Translations under genes and position numbers: made by a program
The notes under the pieces: generated by a model
What the model was told of the DNA's origin: nothing
Databases searched by the model: none
The model's input: only the letters and a program-made list of their open reading frames with translations
Shown: positions 57,172 to 64,000 of the stretch, in pieces
Layout of the letters: every line of letters begins with the position of its first letter
How positions within the stretch are numbered: position 1 is the stretch's first letter
Assembly (NCBI GenBank): GCA_963788195.1
Contig: CAWBGA010000004.1
Location: forward strand, 85,099 to 149,098
Origin: Nitrospirota bacterium
GTDB taxonomy: Bacteria > Nitrospirota > Nitrospiria > Nitrospirales > NS-4
Reading direction: 5' to 3'
DNA: 64,000 nucleotides

Positions 57172-59340
57172 ATGGCGATGAGAATGTGGCCGGGGCGTTC
57201 GTACCCGCTGGGCGCCACGTGGGATGGTGAAGGGGTCAACTTCGCGCTGTTTTCGGAAAACGCGACGGGGGTCGAGCTGTGTCTATTTGATGAGGCCCGC
57301 CAGGAAAAGGCCACGCACCGCATTCGTATCGAAGAGCGAACTGACCAGGTGTGGCATGTGTATCTGCCTGAAGTGCGTCCCGGCCAATTGTATGGCTATC
57401 GGGTCGAGGGTCCATATGAGCCGGAAGCCGGCCACCGATTCAATCCGGCGAAGCTGTTAATTGATCCGTATGCCAAGGCGATATCCGGACGGATTGAATG
57501 GTCTGAGGCAATGTTTGGCTACCGTATGGGCGATCCCTTGGAGGATCTCTCCAAAGATGACCGTGATAACGCCGCCAGCGTGCCCAAATCCGTGGTGATC
57601 GAGCAGGCGTTTACCTGGGGCGAAGACCGATTACTAAGAACGCGGTGGGATAAAACCCTGATCTATGAGCTTCACGTAAAAGGATTCACCTTCCGCCACC
57701 CCGACATTCCGGATAACTTGCGGGGGACATACGCGGGGTTGGCAACCCCCGCGGCGATCGACTATTTGCGGTCACTCGGCGTCACCGCGGTGGAATTGTT
57801 GCCGGTTCATTATTTCGTTCGCGACCCACATCTGCTGGAGCGCGGGCTCACCAATTATTGGGGCTATAACAGTATCGGGTTCTTCGCACCGGATAATGGA
57901 TACGGAATCTCCACAGAACGCGGGCAGCACGTCAATGAGTTCAAGACGATGGTGAAGACGCTCCACAGCGCGGGGATCGAGGTCATCCTCGATGTCGTGT
58001 ACAACCATACCGGAGAAGGCAACCAGCTGGGGCCGACGCTGTCCTTGCGCGGCATCGATAATGCGGCCTACTACCGCCTCGGAGGCGACAATTACCGCCA
58101 CTACATGGACTACACGGGCACAGGCAACACCCTGAACGTGAGGCACCCGCGGACGCTGCAGCTGATCATGGACAGCTTGCGTTATTGGGTCACCGACATG
58201 CACGTTGACGGATTTCGATTCGATCTCGCGTCGACTCTCGCGCGCGAGCTTCACAGCGTGGATCGCTTGAGCGCCTTCTTCGATACTATCCAACAGGATC
58301 CTGTCCTGTCGAAAGTGAAGCTGATCGCTGAGCCCTGGGATCTCGGCGAGGGCGGCTATCAGGTGGGGAATTTTCCGGTTGGCTGGGCCGAGTGGAACGG
58401 GAAGTACCGTGACACGGTCCGACGCTATTGGCGGGGGGACGGAGGCCAGGTTGCGGAAGTGGCCTATCGGCTGACGGGCAGCAGCGATCTGTACGAGCCG
58501 GGAGGGCGCCGGCCGCATGCGAGCATCAATTTCGTCACCGCGCACGACGGGTTTCCGCTGAACGATCTTGTCTCCTACGACCAAAAGCACAACGAGGCGA
58601 ATGGCGAGGAGAACCGCGATGGGTGTGATGACAACTTCAGTTGGAATTGCGGCGTAGAAGGGCCGACCGACGACCCTGCAATCAACGAGCTGCGCGAGCG
58701 GCAGAAACGCAACATGCTGGCGACGATGTTGCTCTCACAAGGCGTTCCCATGATCTGCGGCGGAGATGAGATCGGCCGCACTCAGCGGGGGAACAACAAT
58801 GCCTATTGCCAAGACAATGAGCTGACATGGTTTGATTGGAAATTTACCCGGCAGACACAAGCCTTGCTCAGCTTTACGCAAAACCTGATCGCACTCCGGC
58901 GCGATCATGCGGTGTTCCGGCGACGCCGGTTTTTCCAGGGCAGTCGCATCCAAGGGTCGGCGGTCAAGGACATTGCCTGGTTCAGCCCGGACGGCAAGGA
59001 GATGACGGAAGAAGAATGGGCCAAGGGGTTCGTACGGTGCTTTGGTATGCGCTTAGCCGGTGACGCCATTGAGGAGACGGACGGAAAGGGCCACCCGATT
59101 TTCGATGACACCTTTCTCGTACTGATGAATGCGCATCATGAGCCGTTGGACTTCGTTCTCCCGGCTCATAAGCGAGGCGTACGCTGGGAAAGCATGGTGG
59201 ACACCGCGGGCGGCAGCGGCAAGATCCCCAAAGGGGGAGCCATCTTTAAGGGCGGACAGCCCTATCCGTTGGAAGCTCGAGCGTTGGCTGTTCTTCGATT
59301 ACTCGAGAGGGTGAAGAAGACGCCGCCTGAGGTCGGTTAA
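57172..59340 (+). CDS. glgX: Glycogen debranching enzyme GlgX/TreX (GH13 isoamylase)
   Basis: PLGATWDG, NYWGY, DVVYNHT, DGFRFDLA, IAEPWD, AHDGF, NNNAYCQDNE. Confidence 0.95.
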   Translation: MAMRMWPGRSYPLGATWDGEGVNFALFSENATGVELCLFDEARQEKATHRIRIEERTDQVWHVYLPEVRPGQLYGYRVEGPYEPEAGHRFNPAKLLIDPYAKAISGRIEWSEAMFGYRMGDPLEDLSKDDRDNAASVPKSVVIEQAFTWGEDRLLRTRWDKTLIYELHVKGFTFRHPDIPDNLRGTYAGLATPAAIDYLRSLGVTAVELLPVHYFVRDPHLLERGLTNYWGYNSIGFFAPDNGYGISTERGQHVNEFKTMVKTLHSAGIEVILDVVYNHTGEGNQLGPTLSLRGIDNAAYYRLGGDNYRHYMDYTGTGNTLNVRHPRTLQLIMDSLRYWVTDMHVDGFRFDLASTLARELHSVDRLSAFFDTIQQDPVLSKVKLIAEPWDLGEGGYQVGNFPVGWAEWNGKYRDTVRRYWRGDGGQVAEVAYRLTGSSDLYEPGGRRPHASINFVTAHDGFPLNDLVSYDQKHNEANGEENRDGCDDNFSWNCGVEGPTDDPAINELRERQKRNMLATMLLSQGVPMICGGDEIGRTQRGNNNAYCQDNELTWFDWKFTRQTQALLSFTQNLIALRRDHAVFRRRRFFQGSRIQGSAVKDIAWFSPDGKEMTEEEWAKGFVRCFGMRLAGDAIEETDGKGHPIFDDTFLVLMNAHHEPLDFVLPAHKRGVRWESMVDTAGGSGKIPKGGAIFKGGQPYPLEARALAVLRLLERVKKTPPEVG

Positions 59341-59408
59341 TATCAATAGGTCTCATGAGATGTTAGAAGAAATCGGGCGCCGTCGGTGACCGGCGGCTGT
59401 TCCTAGTC

Positions 59409-61147
59409 ATGCGCTACCTTGCGTTTGCGTGTGATTATGATGGCACCCTGGCTTCAGACGGCCGCGTGTCCGAATCGACCTTGGAGGCGCTTCGGCGCCT
59501 GCGTGCCTCCGGCCGAAAGCTCCTGCTCGTCACCGGTCGCGAGCTGGAGGAACTCATCTCGGTCTTCCCTGAACTGGATCTATGTGAGTGGGTCGTGGCC
59601 GAAAACGGCGCACTGCTGTACCACCCGAGCACGCGTAGGGAAAAGCCGTTGGGTGATCCGCCGCCGGCAGAGTTCCTTCGCGAGCTGAAAACACGGGGCG
59701 TGCCGATTTCTGTTGGACGCGTGATCGTGGCGACGTGGGAGCCCCACGAAACGACTGTATTGGGGGTCATCCGTGACCTTGGCCTCGAGCGCCAGGTGAT
59801 TTTCAATAAGGGCGCCGTCATGGTACTGCCCTCAGGCGTCAACAAGGCGACCGGGCTTACCGCGGCGCTTGAGGAACTGGAACTCACGCCCCACAATGTG
59901 GTGGGGATCGGTGACGCAGAAAACGATCACGCATTTCTGCGTCTCTGTGAGTGTGCGGTAGCGGTCGCCAACGCTTTGCCCATGGTAAAGCAACAGGCCG
60001 ACGTGGTCACAATCGGGGATCATGGCGACGGAGTCGCCGAAATTGTGGAAGCATTGGTGGAGCGAGACCTGGAGCAGGCGGCTCCGCGCCTGACCCGCCA
60101 TCATATTCTCCTGGGTACCCAGGAGAATGGTGCGGCGGTGACAATTCCGCCGTATGGTTTGAACATTCTGCTGGCAGGAACCTCGGGCGGTGGAAAATCC
60201 ACGCTCGCGACAGGACTCCTCGAGCGCCTAGTGGAACACCGCTACCAGTTCTGCGTGATCGATCCAGAAGGGGACTATCAGTCGTTCCGTCCCGCTATCG
60301 TCAGTTGGCGATACGCGCCACGCCCCCAATGTCGATGAAGTCCTTCAGCTGCTGAAGAATCCAACGACTAACGTTGTCGTGAATCTGGTCGGACTTCCGC
60401 TGAATGACCGGCCTGCTCTCTTCATGGCGTTGCTCCCGCGCTTGCAGGAACTTCGGACGCGAACGGGGCGACCCCACTGGCTGTTGGTGGATGAAGCGCA
60501 TCATCTTTTGCCCAGCGATTTGACAGCTGCGGCGTTCACTCTCCCTCAGAACCTGACGCAGGTGTTTTTCATCACGGTGCATCCCAATCAGGTTGCACTG
60601 TCGGCGCTCAGCTCCGTGGACGCCGTGATTGCGGTCGGTGATGATCCCGAGACGACGCTGCGCGAGGCCGGCACCCTGCTCGGTCGGCAACCCGTAAATA
60701 CTTCCTCTGGGCCGGTTCGTTTGGAAAATGGCGAAGCGCTGTTCTGGCCTTGGAGGGACGCGGTCTCACCTATACGGTTAAGCATCGCTCCTTGCCATAT
60801 GGAGCGTTCGCGGCATCAGCGCAAATATGCCGAGGGAGACCTTGGAGCCGAGCGCAGCTTTTATTTTAAGGGACCACAGCAAAAGCTCAATCTACGGGCT
60901 CAGAACCTGCTGGTGTTCATACAGATGGCTGAAGGCGTGGATGATGAAACTTGGACCTATCATTTGCACCGACAGGAATACTCGCAATGGTTCCGGGATG
61001 CCATCAAAGGATGAGGTACTGGCCGGGATTGCGGCCGAAATAGAGAAGCGCCATGATCTGTCCGCCCTGGAAAGTCGCGCACTGATCGCAGAGGCAGTGG
61101 CGAAATATTACACGCTCCCCGCCTCCACGCCCACCGGCTGCTACTAG
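59409..61147 (+). pseudogene. HAD (Cof-like) phosphatase fused to a P-loop ATPase; frameshifts near 60303 and 61008
   Basis: DYDGTL, GDAEND, GTSGGGKST, IDPEGDY, then DEAHH and RKYAEGDL in the next frame. Confidence 0.8.
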
Positions 61148-61283
61148 GCGAAGATAGCGCCCCAGTCCGGAGGGTAACCGCAAAACAGTAGCACCAAAGG
61201 CTACTAAAGTATGCTCGCTCGCGAAGGGTCTATCCAGTAAGCTCCGCCTATTCCAAGCCAATTACCGCGAGACTAGGCCTGAG

Positions 61284-62285
61284 ATGCTTCAACCTGATGT
61301 CATCGTGGTAGGCGCCTCTGCCGGAGGAGTCGAAGCCCTGAGCCGACTTGTGCGTGGGCTGCCCCGAGGTCTGCCGGCGGCCATGGCCGTCGTCCTTCAT
61401 ACCTCACCTACAGGGCCCAGCTTATTACCGAACATTCTTTCCCGTGCAGGTCCAATGCCGGCGTCCGCCGCCAAGGACGGTGAGGAATTCCTATCAGGGC
61501 ACGTGTACGTCTCCTCGCCGGATCATCATCTGTTGGTGAAGCCGAATCGCACACTTCGCGTCGTCCGAGGACCTCAGGAAAACCGACACCGCCCGGCGAT
61601 TGATCCCCTGTTTAGGAGCGCCGCGCAGGCCTTTGAATCCCGAGTCATCGGTGTGCTGCTGTCCGGCACACTCGATGATGGCACCGCCGGCCTGTATGCG
61701 ATCAAGGATAGCGGGGGTATCACGATCGTGCAGGACCCTGAAGAAGCCATTGCACCCGGGATGCCGCGAAATGCCCTCAAACATGTCCAAATCGACTACT
61801 GCCTTCCCACTCAAGAGATCGCATCGCTGTTGATTCAGCTGACCTCCACATCCATCGCATTAGAAAGACCCATGCCGCGTTCCACCCTCGCGATGGCGAA
61901 GGAAGTGAAGATCGCGGAATTTGCCATGGCAGAAATCAACAGTGAAGACAAACCAGGTAGCCCGTCAGTGTTTACTTGCCCTGATTGCAGCGGGACTTTG
62001 TTTGAAATTTCGGAGGGTGACGTGTCGCGGTATCGTTGTCGGGTCGGTCATGCGTATTCGCCTGAAAATGTGCTCAAGGCGCAGGGAGTAGCGTTGGAGC
62101 GAGCCTTATGGACCGCGCTGAGGATGCTTGAAGAACGAATCGCCTTCCTTCGATTGATGTCATCAAATGCGGAGTCGTCTCAAAATCTACCGGTCGCTCG
62201 GGATTTTGACGTGCGAAAGAAGGAGCTTGAAGAACAGGCGGGCGCAATCAGAACGATACTGATGAAGGCAGACTATCAGGCATGA
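61284..62285 (+). CDS. cheB: CheB-type methylesterase domain protein with a C-terminal Cys/His motif
   Basis: GASAGG, VLH, RPAIDPLFRS, DDGTAG; CPDCSG...RCRVGH; no receiver domain. Confidence 0.85.
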   Translation: MLQPDVIVVGASAGGVEALSRLVRGLPRGLPAAMAVVLHTSPTGPSLLPNILSRAGPMPASAAKDGEEFLSGHVYVSSPDHHLLVKPNRTLRVVRGPQENRHRPAIDPLFRSAAQAFESRVIGVLLSGTLDDGTAGLYAIKDSGGITIVQDPEEAIAPGMPRNALKHVQIDYCLPTQEIASLLIQLTSTSIALERPMPRSTLAMAKEVKIAEFAMAEINSEDKPGSPSVFTCPDCSGTLFEISEGDVSRYRCRVGHAYSPENVLKAQGVALERALWTALRMLEERIAFLRLMSSNAESSQNLPVARDFDVRKKELEEQAGAIRTILMKADYQA

Positions 62286-62822
62286 CGCCGATCTTCTCCA
62301 ATATTGAGTGGGAGAAAATGTTCGTACCGGACACACCGCTGCTTGAGATCTTTTTCCGCGGTAGCGATCATGTACCTGTCGATCTACTTTCTTCTTCGAT
62401 TCGTGCTGAAGCGTCAGGCGGGCTCGCTCGGCATCGCCGATGTGTTGGTGTTGGTGCTCATTGCAGATGCGGCGCAGAATGCGATGGCCGATGACTATCA
62501 TTCTCTCACAGATGGGCTGCTCCTCGTCTCGACCATCGTGTTCTGGAGCTATACGCTCGATTGGTTGGGATATCGTTTCCCCCGCCTCGAGCGCATTTTT
62601 CATGCGGGCCCGTTGAAAATCGTCAAGGACGGTCGTTTGATGCGCGAGCAGATGAAAAAGGAGCTCATCAGTGAGGACGAGTTGATGAGTCAACTACGCC
62701 AGCATGGAATCTCCGACGTCAAAAAGGTCAAGGAGGCCTGTATAGAAAGTGATGGCCATATCAGCGTCGTCAAACAGGGTGCAGAACTAGATGCGACGCG
62801 CGTAATGAAAGGAGGAAAATAA
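62282..62822 (+). pseudogene. DUF421 (YetF) membrane protein, frameshift near 62365
   Basis: PLLEIFFRGS then MYL...ADAAQNAM...LMSQLRQHGI...ESDGHISV in the shifted frame. Confidence 0.8.
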
Positions 62823-63299
62823 TGGCAAGCCGTGCCAGTTTTGCGAAGCATCCGATTCATCCCATGCTGGTGCCGTTCCCGATCGCCCTTTGGATTTTCT
62901 CATTGGTCAGCGACATCATCTATGGTCTCGGATGGGGAGGCCCTATTTGGAGCGACATGGCGTTTTACACGATGGCCGGGGGCATCGTTGGTGGCTTGGC
63001 CGCGGCAGTGCCGGGGCTTATTGACTACCTCTCGTTGTCGGAGCCGGTCCCGACCAGGATCGCGCGAACCCATATGATCGTAAACCTTGTGATTGTCGCG
63101 ATGTTTTGTGTGAATCTCTGGATGAGGATGACCGCTTCACCGGGCGCTGGATTCCCGGTCGCCCTTTCAGTCCTCGGCGTGATGCTGCTTGGGCTGTCCG
63201 GGTGGCTGGGCGGGGAGCTGGTCTATATCCATGGCGTGGGCGTCGAGTCTCCTTCAAAAAGTGCCGGCGATCAGAGCAAGACGATTCCAAGGAGCGTGA
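62822..63299 (+). CDS. DUF2231 membrane protein (stop apparently lost by an indel)
   Basis: HPIHPMLVPFPI, GLIDY, GWLGGELVY. Confidence 0.8.
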
Positions 63300-64000
63300 A
63301 GGTGATCCCCGCATGCGATACTCGCATCGGAACGTCGGGATGGCACTACAAACACTGGCGCGGCCCCTTCTATCCGGAGGGTTTACCGTCGTCCGGCATG
63401 CTTGAATTCTATCTCGATCATTTTGATACCGTCGAGATCAATAATTCGTTTTATCGACTGCCGTTGGCCAGCACGTTTGAAAACTGGCGGCGCCTGGCGC
63501 CGCCGGAATTCTGCTTTGCCGTCAAGGCGAGCCGCTACCTGACCCATATGAAGAAGTTGAAGGACCCAACCGCGGCGCTCGAGCGATTTTTTCCCCTCGT
63601 CGAGCTTCTTGGTGAGACGCTGGGGCCGATTCTTTTTCAACTTCCTCCGCATTGGAAGTGCGATACGGGACGTCTGGCCGAATTCCTGGCGGCGCTTCCG
63701 GACCGATATCGATACAGTTTTGAGTTGCGGGACCCTAGCTGGCATGTTCCGCGAGGTGTACGAACTGCTCGCGCGCCATAATGCCGCGTTTTGTATTTAT
63801 GAGCTGGCCGGATTTCGTTCCCCGGTTCGCCTTACCGCCGACTTCACGTACGTGAGGCTCCATGGGCCTACGAATAAGGCCTACCAAGGAAGTTACGAGG
63901 TCGCCGCGCTCAGGATGTGGAGCGATCGAATCCGCAAATGGCAGTCAGACCTCAGGGCCATATATATCTATTTCGACAACGATCAATCCGGATATGCGGT
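63296..64000 (+). pseudogene. DUF72 family protein (partial, frameshift near 63752)
   Basis: IGTSGWHY, TVEINNSFY, QLPP, ELRDPSW; then YVRLHGP and YFDND in the shifted frame, running off the window end. Confidence 0.85.

Noticed and set aside
57772..58590. Long antisense ORFs (also 23377-24072, 35671-36339, 47104-47712)
   Set aside because: Shadow frames of well-supported genes on the opposite strand, without recognisable motifs
62822..63781. Novel DUF2231-DUF72 fusion
   Set aside because: GTGA at 63296-63299 looks like a normal stop/start overlap offset by one indel, in an indel-rich region

Overview
Bacterial chromosomal window with two parts. The gene families suggest Nitrospirota/Nitrospira, but that is inference only. 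(1) Positions ~1-38100 hold a PEP-CTERM/exosortase-linked cell-surface glycan locus: several GT4 and GT2 glycosyltransferases, SAM methyltransferases, a CapK/PaaK-like ligase, a polysaccharide deacetylase, a GNAT+DegT fusion, a FemAB-like transferase, an AsnB-type amidotransferase, a GT2/GT-C/GtrA module, a nucleotide-sugar dehydrogenase, exosortase, EpsI, PrsK/PrsR, a FeeM-like GNAT-cNMP fusion, a THxN PEP-CTERM protein with a sigma-54 promoter, a CAAX-like protease and PrsT. A three-gene phosphonate cassette sits directly upstream of the exosortase: PEP mutase fused to an NTP-transferase domain, a 2OG-Fe(II) oxygenase and a cytidylyltransferase. No phosphonopyruvate decarboxylase is visible in the window. 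(2) Positions ~38300-64000 form a stress/storage-carbohydrate region: a pyruvate oxidase-like enzyme, five secreted proteins sharing a ~55-60 aa repeat, ASRT, topoisomerase IB, TreZ, two debranching enzymes, a multi-HTH protein, two LuxR-type regulators, a TrxB-like oxidoreductase, YihY, a HAD-ATPase, CheB, DUF421, DUF2231 and DUF72. About nine apparent single-base frameshifts, mostly in the last third, are probably assembly indels. Several intergenic gaps in the glycan locus can be folded by eye into branched RNA structures closed by long stems. No rRNA, tRNA, CRISPR array or transposase was recognised. All family calls come from motif recognition, not database searches.
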